Shown here piece by piece: positions 1-9,337 of a DNA stretch of 64,000 bases. The stretch spans positions 186,001 through 250,000 of the forward strand of contig CDRNVI010000071.1 in NCBI GenBank assembly GCA_977017575.1, given 5' to 3'. The notes below the pieces were generated by a model. The model saw only the letters and a program-made list of their open reading frames with translations. It did no database searches and was not told the origin of the DNA. Origin of the DNA: Paramoeba atlantica. Lineage: Eukaryota; Protista; Discosea. Each line of letters starts with the position of its first letter. The first letter of the stretch is position 1. The position numbers were made by a program, and so were the translations under genes.

Positions 1-145
1 ATTTCAAAGTTTTAAAATGAGCTAAAAACAGCGGGAACGTACAGATCTCAAAATTTCGAACGACAACGTGGTATGATAACCCCCCCACGACCCCCTGTGC
101 TAAAAATAAGGGGGGGTCACTTATTGGTGACGCGGGGTTTATAAG
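1..145 (-). repeat. Inverted copy of the terminal region of the Tc1-like element at ~1685-1830
   Basis: Reverse complement of 1-145 aligns by eye with ~1685-1830 (ttttgagatctgcacgttccc...ttttagct and ccccctttatttt motifs). Confidence 0.55.
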
Positions 146-149
146 GGGG

Positions 150-935
150 CTCCGGTGGTCCAAAACTGAAAAAAAAAATTCAAAAACATGGGGGGTCTAG
201 GGGGGGGTCCAGGGGGGGTCCAGGGGGCGGGGCATACGTCGCGATTTTTTTTCGATTTTTTAGCTTTTCAAAATCGAGCGCAGGGAAGTGGTAGGGTAGG
301 CCGCGGCGATAATTTTTCACACCCCCTGGTACGCGCAGGAGGGGTCAGACAAGGTCAAAATTTCCGAAATTTTTGGGGTGACCAAAATTTTTTTTTTTGA
401 CCTAAAAAAAAGTAAAAGTAAACCATGTTCCAGGATAGCATACCTAGTAGGTATACTAAGTGGGTACGGTATACTAAATTTTCTCTAAAATGCAAAAACA
501 TGTTTCGCGCGTTTCTCTTATCTGTAGTTTCTTATCTGTAGTTGCTAGAAAAATGGTGTCTTGACCTTAAAATGCGATTTCCTACCGAGTGATTGCTAGA
601 AAAGTTGCTCTGGCGCTTCTAAAAAAGGTACGTCCCACGCTCCTGTTGCTAGGAAGGGGGGTAGGTATACTAAGTGGGCATGGGTATACTATCCTGGAAC
701 ATGGTTTATTATTTTTCCAAAATCGATTCCTAAAACGTGTTTTAGGAGTTTGGGACCTTCGCCAAAAAATCGCTCTTTTTTACCCAAAAAAATAGATTAT
801 TCATGGTATTTTGGCGAATTTTCTTTTTTAGTCTCTTCGTTAAACGCGGTGGTAGTTTTCAACGCGAAGCGCGCAGCATGAGTGACTTCTAAGTTGAAAA
901 CAACTACTGCGTTTAACGAGGAACCTAAAAAAGAA
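150..935 (+). mobile_element. Non-autonomous dispersed element, family R1 (hairpin-ended), with a nested MITE
   Basis: Shares aaaatcgagcgcagggaagtggtag / ggtacgcgcaggagggg blocks and the ~120-bp terminal hairpin (ctcttcgttaaacgcggtggtagttttcaac...gttgaaaacaactactgcgtttaacga) with other copies in the window. Confidence 0.7.
421..706. mobile_element. TA-flanked MITE nested in R1
   Basis: Terminal inverted repeats aaccatgttccaggatag / ctatcctggaacatggtt with TA on both sides. A related left end occurs at ~56290. Confidence 0.7.
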
Positions 936-1870
936 TTTGAAAAAAAAGTGAATAAAAACAGTGATTCTTAATTGCGGTGGTAGTATAACTACCGCTCTAC
1001 CCTCGATTATTGAAAAAAAAAGTGAACAAAAACAGTGAAAACAAAAAACAGTGAAAGAGAAACAACAGCCGTGGGACGAGGGGGGGTATGTTAAGTGTCG
1101 CTGGCCAAAATAACATACCCCCCGGTGTGTTATCCAAGGTACAGGTATGTTAAACGGGTATGTGGTTTACAACTTTTAAAATTGTTGCACAATAAAAGAG
1201 TTACACATTTTTGTTGCACAAGTTTTTGTGCAAAGGATCATTGGAGACTGCAGTCCACGCATGACCATTTGTGACGCTTCATGACGATTCGTGACAGCGA
1301 AGACTAAGCTCTGACAGAGAAATAGGAACGGTCTGTGAAGAGACCAGTGTGCAAGTCTGAAAAGGTATTCGAGTTTTGTATAGGGGAAGCCCATGTAGCA
1401 TGCCTAAAAAATAATTTCTTCTAGGAAATCTAATGAATCACAATCTCGCTACTATCTACTTTTGGGCTATCAACTATTTCAGTCCACTCGTACTCATCTG
1501 AATTCGTGCTCGTAAAGTCAAAGTTATCAAGTGTTTTTTGACTTGAAAGAGGGACATTTGGGCAGGGTACCGACGATGCTGCATGTTACAGGACCGCATC
1601 TTCGCAGATATACGAGAGATTTCCTCAGGAGAAGGTTGCCCCCCCATATTACCACTCCATTCGTAGTGAAGATAGGCTTCGATGTTATGAATAAACCCCT
1701 TGACACGAATAAAGCACCCCCCTTTATTTTTTGCGTGCGGGGACCCATGGGGGTTGCAGCACCACTTTATCGTCCACAATTTTGAGATCTGCACGTTCCC
1801 GGGGTTTTTAGCTTCATTTAAAACTTTTAAAAAAATCAGTTCCAGAAATATTTTTTTTTTCTAAACTTTC

Positions 1871-2869
1871 ATGGTAAAATCCAAGTACCGTCCCCCAAAG
1901 GGGGGGATGACCCCTATAGGTAAGACATTATTGCGCCTGAGGATCGAAGACGGTGTCCCAAAGAAGCAACTTGCACGATAATTTAATATTTCAGTAAAAT
2001 ATGTGAGGCAATATCTGAAAGCAAAAGAAACCAATAAAACCAAAATATTTACACCGAAAAAAAATATTTTACGTCGCAGAAAAAAAATAGTAACCATTAT
2101 TTCACCAAAAGACCTTGCCGGAGTGCCGAAACACAGCAGCGCTAGATGCATGGCGGGGAGATTGAGTAAAAAGGGGGTACATGTCACAAAACGCACTGTT
2201 CAACGTGACTTAAAAGCAATGAAATATACTTATTCCCCACGCCATGTTACTATGGCGTTGACCGAACGTCAGAAGGCTAAAAGGGTTGAGGTTGCCTTAG
2301 CATGGAATGGGGATTCACGCATAATTGTATTTTCTGATGAAAAAATCTTTGATACTAATGACATGCGTAAGAAAATGTGGGTTGCCCCGGGCGAAAAGGC
2401 TGCTTCAAGGCAGAAAATGCGTTGGGCCCCAAAATACCATGTGTGGGGTGCCACTGGAGTTGGGTGGCGTTATCTAGCTATTCTTCCCAATGACAGCTCA
2501 ATTACGAGCGGAAAGTATATTAAAACCCTGCGTAAGACTCCTTTCCCCCGTAATTTTATTTTTCAACAAGATGGAGCAGGCGCACACACTGCAAAAATGA
2601 CAAAGTCTTATCTTTTTGTATCAGAAATTCAGTATATCAAAAATTGGCCTGCCAACTCACCTGACCTCAATCCTATAGAAAATGTATGGGAAATGATACA
2701 GCAACGAGTATGTGGAATGAACCCCTCCAGTACTACTTCGCTTATTAGGTGTGTAAAAAAAGCATTTGAAGAAATCTCCCGAAGGCAAGTAAATAAAACT
2801 GTTTTAAGCTTCGATCGTCGACTAGAAGCCTGCGTAAAGCGCAAGGGAGAAAAAGTGAAAAAGTGGTAA
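1871..2869 (+). pseudogene. Tc1/mariner (IS630-Tc1) transposase, DD35E, one in-frame stop near 1980
   Basis: FSDEK, QQDGAGAH and WPANSPDLNPIENVW motifs. The frame continues upstream of the listed ORF to ATG 1871 through a single TAA. Imperfect inverted repeats at ~1685-1795 and ~2930-3035. Confidence 0.85.
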
Positions 2870-3230
2870 TCGTCTACTTATATTTTACCTTATTCACCCC
2901 GGGACAATTTTACAAGGTGCGCAAAGTCTATTCACTGAGATCTGCAAAATGCCACAAGAATTAGCTCAAACGGACTTACCATACAAATTTTAGAGGGGGG
3001 TGCTTTATTGTGTCGAGGGGTTTATAATAAGACGTGATTTAAACTTTGAATCATCATTTAAATTTTAAAGCAATGGTATAGTAAACTCCACCTTTTTTTT
3101 TTGCAAATAATTGGGGGGAATAGTATTGAGTCTTACTTTTTATGTATGGAGTCCAACTTTTCCACAATTTCCATTTTTTTTTGTGTTATTTTTAATTGGG
3201 GGGAATAGTGTTGAGTCTAACTTTTTATTT

Positions 3231-3450
3231 TCCACCACTTGGCTCTACCCACAACAGACACAGACCCCAGTGCCCTGAATAACACCATCTTCAAGACAAA
3301 GAAGGCATCCCTTTTGTTCATCTGGAGTCGGGCGCCACTTGCAGTAAACGCAAAAAGAAGGGCGGTTCGGACGCGAAATAGTGAACCGTGTCGTGGTCTG
3401 ACACTTTCCCAAGCATTGCTTTCGAAGAATGGAGGATTGCCTATTTATGA
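3231..3450 (-). pseudogene. Degenerate Cys-rich ORF fragment, paralog of 47383-47790
   Basis: Hand translation QCLGKCQTTTRFTISRPNRPSFCVYCKWRPTPDEQKGCLLCLEDGVIQGTGVCVCCG* matches ECLGKCIKTTPFTIGRPSFCVHCKWCPTPDEQRDRCMFCLEDVVRQGTEVCVHCG. Confidence 0.65.
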
Positions 3451-4018
3451 GTAAATACTATTAGGACTGTTTTTTACTTGTTCTATTTGTAAAAAAATCG
3501 ACATTCGAAAATGAATTGACACTGGAACTTTTGAAAGTCCTTTGAAAACTATGATTTATGATTTTCTTTAAAGTGGCTAACGCGTGACAGCCGAGCCTTG
3601 CACAGTCTCCATTGTTTTGGGATTCCCGATCATCCTGGGTTGAAATCACAAGGTCCTTCAACCGCAATATTTCACCAACATTGTTGCTCACAGACGGTTA
3701 AAAAATGTTTCTTTTAGAAATTGGGTGGAAAAAATGCAAAAATATAGAAATAATATTTCCATTTTTAAAATTGCTGCAACATAAAGAATTCTCAAATTTT
3801 TGTTTTCCTCTTTTTTGTTACACAAAAAAGTAAGTAAAAGCACGTAAAACTGGGTGGAAAATCGTTGCAAAGGCACCTCAATATGAAGCTGGGATGAAGA
3901 AATGAACAATATGAAAAATTCAAAAAAAAAGATTTTGAGGTACAATTTCGAATTTCAAAAGTGCCGAATCTCTGTACGGGGTATACGGTGCTACTTTCGT
4001 TTATTGATGAAGTGGAAC

Positions 4019-4336
4019 TTAATTTCTCATTTCGATGAGCATAGTGCTTCTCACTTCAAACTTCTCAAGAGTGTGAGGTAGGTTTTCTTTTACGTAAGAT
4101 CCTGAGAGCTTTTTATAATCACGAACAAAAATATTTACAAGGTTTGGGGGGAGAGAACCTAAATCTACACGTCCTTCAAAAAGATTCTCATGCAGGTAGA
4201 TGGAAGTCATGGAATTTGGTAATTTCTCTAAATTCGGTGTTCCACAAAAGGCATTGTGTCAAAGACTAATAAACTGAAGTTTTGTTGGGAGGTGGGTAAG
4301 ATCGAGATACCCTGATAACTTATTGCATTTCATATA
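4019..4336 (-). pseudogene. 3' part of an LRR gene disrupted by retroelement insertions (continues at 8522-8590)
   Basis: Translates YMKCNKLSGYLDLTHLPTKLQFISL*HNAFCGTPNLEKLPNSMTSIYLHENLFEGRVDLGSLPPNL, the same 23-aa LRR as the intact family members. Confidence 0.8.
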
Positions 4337-7300
4337 TTGTATCATACAGGTAATCCTGCAGAGATTTATGTGGTGAAAACGCGCACTGAACGCGTTTTAG
4401 TCACCTGTTTCTATCCAGCGTCACCAAGAACGTTCTCCTCCATCCAATTTTTGCCATTGCGGTTTTGATATACTATGAAGCTCCCTCTCAGAGCCTTCAC
4501 GGTCATATTGCGCCGGCACTCAGCCACCAGCTCATCATTACCCACAAATAGAGAGTTCAGAGTTCGACCAGCACTGCTTATTTTTCCTCTCGCTCCGACT
4601 TCGAAAACGAGTAGGAAAGTGCTCGGGTTTGTGAGCTTGCGGGAATGGTAGAGATTTGTGTACTTGGCAGTTTTTCGTTCGTGTGCGTAGACAAAATTTT
4701 CCTCCCAGGGGCACGTCAATTCTATAATATACTCCTCCCCGTTGGACAGTTTCACCCACCCATCCGGTCGCAGCTCGGTGTCGAGTTCCGTGAGCCACGG
4801 AGGGGTAGAGCGAAAGTGAGGGAGGTCAAAGTGATATAGACTGGTCCCTTGGAATTTCTGCACAGAGTTTGCGAGGGCTTGTAGCACCATGTTATGTCGC
4901 AGAGTATATCGTCCTTGCTCGAGTGCTTTTCTACACCCGGAGAGAATATGTCGCGCGGTTTGCGTTTCAGTATCGCAGATGGGACACTTGTCGCTTGTGT
5001 GTGTCGATACGCCCCATTTGCGGAGAGACACTCTAGTAGGGAGTGGCGTTTCTGTGAGTACGGAAGCCGTAAATCGTGATAGCGATTCGCTTTTGAGATT
5101 ACATAGGGCGGCAGCGAAGTCCCTCGCGAGGTCTGCTTCCGTCGCTAAGCGGAACCATCTTCCCGCAACTGAAGTGCGCCTTTGCACGGCTTCCGAAAGA
5201 TGCCTCTCATATTCACTGTCGATAAGTCGTCGTACGTTATTGTGAGTTGAACCGAGTATGTCAGTCGGCGGACGAATGTACCCCGCTTTTCTCTTGTTTT
5301 CTTCTCTCCTGATGCGTTCTCGCAGGGCGTGCTGGACATCGGGATCGCGTGATTTCTCCATTTGTTCCACGGCGCTCGCGGTTGAAAGAAGCCATAGTTT
5401 GGATAAGCTCACGAGGTTCCAACCATGCTCGGAGTACAACAGTTCGCTTGTCGCGGATTTTGCTACATTTAACCATTTTCTGATTTCATTTGTAGCGCAT
5501 CGCTGGAGGCGCAGAACGTGGTTAAAAGTCAGACATGAATTGACAACAAAAGAGTAGCGAAGGCGGGAGATAAGGCGGGAGATACCATTATTGTATATCC
5601 AGAGTCGGGCGGGTAGGTCGTGGGCGCTGGAAGATACATGTATGTTGCGTAACCAGGTACGGAGTCGATTGCGTAGCTTTGGGAACAGAATTTTACCATA
5701 CTGGGCACCAGGTGCGAGAGTCATACCCAGGAATGTGCTACCATTATCGCATATTTGAGGAATAGGTGTTGCGTCAATCATTATCTGCGGTCGTCTTGTC
5801 ATGTAGCCTGAGTCTTGAGTCATTGCCATGTGTTGAATCCGACATTTCTTTGCGTTCAATTTCATTCCGATGCCGCCTAGAACTTTGACCAGTACGTTCG
5901 TGGCAATTTGCATTTCCTTTGGTGTGTTCGTGAGTATACTGAGGTCGTCAGCAAAGGCCTTCAGAGAGGTTTCCTTTCCATCCCAAGTGATTCCGTACTG
6001 TGGGCAACTTGAACGGATGAAGCGAAGAACCAATTCCATTGCCAAGTTGAATAAGATCGGCGACAGTGTATCTCCTTGTAATACTCCACGGCCGATCTCG
6101 AGCGACTTCGTAAGGCCTTCAGCACACTTGATTTGAATAGATGCTCCTTTATACAGCGCGCTGATATAGTTAATTAGAATTGGGGAGACACTGGCCCATT
6201 TTAGGGATTGTAACAGTACTGCGTGGGGGATAGATCCGAAAGCGTTCTTGATATCGAATTGTGCCAGTAAGTATTGCCGTTTGTGACGTCGTTGGTGTTC
6301 AAGGAGCTCGCATAAGACTTGTGTATGCTCGACGGTCCCATTCATGTGTGGTAGAAATCCTTTTTGTACTGATGTATCGAGCGCATGAGAATCCAAGGAA
6401 TGTTGAAGGATTCGGTGGCTCAGGATTGAATGGAAAAGTTTCCCTATGCAACTAGTTAAGCTTATCGGTCGCCAATTCTCCATAGTTGATGTAGGACCTC
6501 CTTTGTGTATGAGGCGAGTTACGGCAGATTTCCAGGTGGGGGGACAAACCCCGAATTTAAGGATGTCATTGAATACTTGAGCGATGTGGACAAAGATAGG
6601 GCTACAACGCTTGAGCAGAGCGTTGGATACAGTGTCTGATCCAGGAGCAGCGCCCGAGCGCTTGGAAGATACAGCAGATGCTATCATTTCGGCGTCAATA
6701 TCCGACCATGGTATGTCGATGTCAGGCCGTGGTCCCAAGAACTCGGCGGGGGGTATGCTGTGATTCTCTTCAGGTTTTGACAATGATGCCGCGAAGAAGT
6801 TCTCAACCTCTTGAAGAGGTACTGTAGGGTAAGACGTCTCGGGTTCCTGGATTGGGTCAGTGCGATCTAGGCATTCGCCCGCAGCTGTCCACGGGTTTCT
6901 CTGGAACCGAGTTAATGCCCATCGTCGATCGATTTCCCTCTTCTGTAGATTGGCTTCCTCCACGTACAACTTCAACGCTTTCTCTGCTTCCTTAATTTCT
7001 CCTCGCTGCTTGTTTCTCGCGACCCCCTTCATGAAGGTAAGTGCACGTTTGAGTTGACGAACATGTGTGCGAAGCCTCTTCGTGGTACGTTCGATGGCCA
7101 AGGGCCGCCAAGGGGGGATATTGCCATCTCTACTAACATGAGGTTCCGGGGAAGTGCGTGTATGAGAGAGTTCGTGGTTTACAGCCTGCGTACCGCTCAA
7201 GTTTCCTGTCTCGGATGGCCAGCTAGGGTGATACTGTGGTGATATTATGCTAGCATCGGCAGGAGATGTCCTCGTAAACAAATTCCTGAGTGACCATATT

Positions 7301-8521
7301 CGATTCTGACTGTTTTCTTCGACGATCATGACCCCTGTCTTGCAACATTGGTGTTTGCACTGAGTTTTATTGCTGCATATGTGCCGACACGGGCGACAGT
7401 TGGCCGTGTTTGCTGATATGGCGGACGACGGCGGATGACCGGTTGGCAGTTCCTCATACTGGGCCTCTTCGCTCGGTATGGCATCTGTCGAGACTTGCGG
7501 ATCGGTTTCTATCGATGTGGCTACTGTCGGTGGACTATGTGACCGTGTTAATGGTGACTCCCCGAGGTGCCGTTCTGGTCGAGGATTATCTGTAGCACCC
7601 GTGATGAGGACTCCTATTTTGCAGCACTGGTGCAAACAATTTGTCTTGTCGCGGCACGTATGCTTACAGGGCCTTCTGCCGGGAGCTAGTGAACTGTCTA
7701 TAGCCACGGCTTCCGAAGAGGGAAGAGGGACGCTAGGATGCACAGACCTTTCGGGTTTCACTTTGCAACATACGTGAAGACATGCTGCTTTGTCCCGGCA
7801 TTTATGGGCACAAGGGACACTTGGTTTAGTGGGCGGTAGTTTTGACACCTTGACGGGAGCATCACGGATTCTATATGGCGCGTCGTATGTGACCTCCGGG
7901 CAACGTTGGAGTTGTTCAACGGGTTGGGCCTTACGGGTCACGTGTGATATGCGGAATCGTCGTAAGCCTGGCACGTCACCGCCGCGCAATTTCTTTGTGA
8001 CGGCTTTGCCAAGCGCGTTCGAGGAGGAGTATTCTGTGTCAAGATGCATGTCGGAGTCTGTATAAGCAGAGCTCCAGCTCGTGTGATGAAATGTGCCACT
8101 AAGGTTTCCAATTTCATGGTACTCAACGTACTCGCATGCGTCGTTCTCGATGACATCTTGAGTGGTACACGTTTGTACTATCAGACCATCGCTCCTTTTG
8201 CTTCCCGACTTCAGGGTTTTTCCGAGGGAAGCTTCTGCTGTGTGCGTGCTTGAGAAAAACTCTCGTTCGGTAAGGGTGATGGCTGCGGCGTGCGTGTCGG
8301 GAAAATAGGACCACGAAACGCTATCAGAGGGGCGGATCTTCACTGGCAGCGCACGACTTCGGACGAAGTGAAAGTTCTGGGGGTGTCGCTGCGCGCTGAC
8401 AGGTCCTCGAGGGAGGCCGTCGTGCGCGTGGGGAGCTGGGGGTGTGACATTCGAGACCATGCTCCGAAAGATAAGTTTAGTACAAAGTTAATAAATCAAC
8501 AAGGTACAGAAACTGTATCTT
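4337..8521 (-). mobile_element. Full-length HERO-like RT+RLE non-LTR retrotransposon (copy A) with a 5' spliced-leader fragment
   Basis: Removing 4337-8521 restores the LRR frame (LPESLTYI|YMKCNKLSG). Single long ORF, 36-nt 5' UTR preceded by an SL-like sequence, hairpinned 3' UTR, no clear TSD. Confidence 0.85.
4411..8460 (-). CDS. Non-LTR retrotransposon polyprotein, 1349 aa: 3 Cys/His zinc-binding repeats, RT, CCHC finger, restriction-like endonuclease
   Basis: RT motifs QKGFLPHMNGTVEH, FDIKNAFGS, QGDTLSP, AFADD. CPICDTETQTARHILSGC finger. RLE motifs YTLRHNMVL, RPDGW, IIELTCPWEENFVYAHERK, resembling HERO-clade elements. No stops. Confidence 0.92.
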   Translation of the reverse strand: MVSNVTPPAPHAHDGLPRGPVSAQRHPQNFHFVRSRALPVKIRPSDSVSWSYFPDTHAAAITLTEREFFSSTHTAEASLGKTLKSGSKRSDGLIVQTCTTQDVIENDACEYVEYHEIGNLSGTFHHTSWSSAYTDSDMHLDTEYSSSNALGKAVTKKLRGGDVPGLRRFRISHVTRKAQPVEQLQRCPEVTYDAPYRIRDAPVKVSKLPPTKPSVPCAHKCRDKAACLHVCCKVKPERSVHPSVPLPSSEAVAIDSSLAPGRRPCKHTCRDKTNCLHQCCKIGVLITGATDNPRPERHLGESPLTRSHSPPTVATSIETDPQVSTDAIPSEEAQYEELPTGHPPSSAISANTANCRPCRHICSNKTQCKHQCCKTGVMIVEENSQNRIWSLRNLFTRTSPADASIISPQYHPSWPSETGNLSGTQAVNHELSHTRTSPEPHVSRDGNIPPWRPLAIERTTKRLRTHVRQLKRALTFMKGVARNKQRGEIKEAEKALKLYVEEANLQKREIDRRWALTRFQRNPWTAAGECLDRTDPIQEPETSYPTVPLQEVENFFAASLSKPEENHSIPPAEFLGPRPDIDIPWSDIDAEMIASAVSSKRSGAAPGSDTVSNALLKRCSPIFVHIAQVFNDILKFGVCPPTWKSAVTRLIHKGGPTSTMENWRPISLTSCIGKLFHSILSHRILQHSLDSHALDTSVQKGFLPHMNGTVEHTQVLCELLEHQRRHKRQYLLAQFDIKNAFGSIPHAVLLQSLKWASVSPILINYISALYKGASIQIKCAEGLTKSLEIGRGVLQGDTLSPILFNLAMELVLRFIRSSCPQYGITWDGKETSLKAFADDLSILTNTPKEMQIATNVLVKVLGGIGMKLNAKKCRIQHMAMTQDSGYMTRRPQIMIDATPIPQICDNGSTFLGMTLAPGAQYGKILFPKLRNRLRTWLRNIHVSSSAHDLPARLWIYNNGISRLISRLRYSFVVNSCLTFNHVLRLQRCATNEIRKWLNVAKSATSELLYSEHGWNLVSLSKLWLLSTASAVEQMEKSRDPDVQHALRERIRREENKRKAGYIRPPTDILGSTHNNVRRLIDSEYERHLSEAVQRRTSVAGRWFRLATEADLARDFAAALCNLKSESLSRFTASVLTETPLPTRVSLRKWGVSTHTSDKCPICDTETQTARHILSGCRKALEQGRYTLRHNMVLQALANSVQKFQGTSLYHFDLPHFRSTPPWLTELDTELRPDGWVKLSNGEEYIIELTCPWEENFVYAHERKTAKYTNLYHSRKLTNPSTFLLVFEVGARGKISSAGRTLNSLFVGNDELVAECRRNMTVKALRGSFIVYQNRNGKNWMEENVLGDAG

Positions 8522-8524
8522 TAT
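8497..8524 (-). other. Spliced-leader exon-like sequence joined to the 5' UTR of retroelement A
   Basis: ATAAAGATACAGTTTCTGTACCTTGTTG contains the euglenozoan SL core ACAGTTTCTGTAC and ends in TTG like trypanosomatid SLs. It is followed by non-GT sequence, as in a trans-spliced mRNA. Confidence 0.8.
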
Positions 8525-8590
8525 GTAAGTTAGACTTTCTGGGAGATGGCAGAGATCTACAGTTCGCACAAACTGATTGTCAAAAATATA
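8522..8590 (-). pseudogene. One 23-codon LRR repeat stranded between retroelements B and A
   Basis: Translates YIFDNQFVRTVDLCHLPESLTYI, in register with the repeat resuming at 4336. Confidence 0.75.
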
Positions 8591-9180
8591 TTAATCATGC
8601 AGTTATACTGCAGAGATTAGCCCTAGGTAGGTAAGCACGCCCAAAACGTGCTACTTACTCGGGGATTACCACTTTATTGGAAGCCTTGCACCTCCCACGT
8701 GGGGTTGTCGCGGTGCTGGTAGATAACAAAGCTTCCCCGGAGTGCCCGCTGGACCATTCTCTCCCTGCACTCGGAGGCAAGGCTCTTGCATCCTCCGAAG
8801 AGAGAGTTCAGCGCGCGGGTTGTGGCGTTTAACTTTCCTCTTGCCCGAACTTCAAAAACCAGGTGGAAGGTGGAAGGGTTTTTTAATTTCCTCTGGTTAT
8901 AGATGTGAGAGTATTTACGAATCTTACGCTCGTGTGCGTCCGTGAAGTTTTCTTCCCAAGGGGAAGTCAGCTCAATGATGTATTCCGACCCGTTGTGCAA
9001 CTTCACCCACCCGTCTGGTCTCAATTCAGTTTGTTGCGAGAGCCAGGCGGGAGGGTTCCTGTGGAGGTACAGGTCGAAGTGCGAATGGGCCGCTGATGGT
9101 GATGCTGCTACGGTGTCCGCTAGTGTGAGCAGGATAAGGTCGTGTCGGTAAGTGAATCGTCCCTGACTGAGCGCAATTGG
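8591..9180 (-). mobile_element. 5'-truncated HERO-like element (copy B): endonuclease C-terminus plus 3' UTR
   Basis: Translates ALSQGRFTYRHDLIL...TELRPDGWVKLHNGSEYIIELTSPWEENFTDAHERK, homologous to A. The 3' UTR has the shared terminal hairpin. Confidence 0.85.
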
Positions 9181-9337
9181 GCACCCAAAAAGTTAGCCTA
9201 TGGTCACTTATCGTGACGGGGGGTTTATATACACTTACACTTATAATTTATATACACATATTTGCTACTTTCGCTTATAAGGTCAGTAAAAAAACCTTTC
9301 GAATGTCTCGATTTTTTTTCTTTTGTATACAGCCATT

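Noticed and set aside
188-795. Short F/K-rich ORFs within R1 and MITE copies throughout the window
   Set aside because: They are translations of homopolymer-rich non-coding repeats and are not conserved in frame between copies.
8525-8535. GTCTAACTTAC upstream of the SL fragment appears to extend it to a full 39-nt SL with CTAAC in the canonical position
   Set aside because: These bases also encode the SLTY of the LRR repeat and are needed to restore its frame, so they are better explained as target DNA (at most microhomology).
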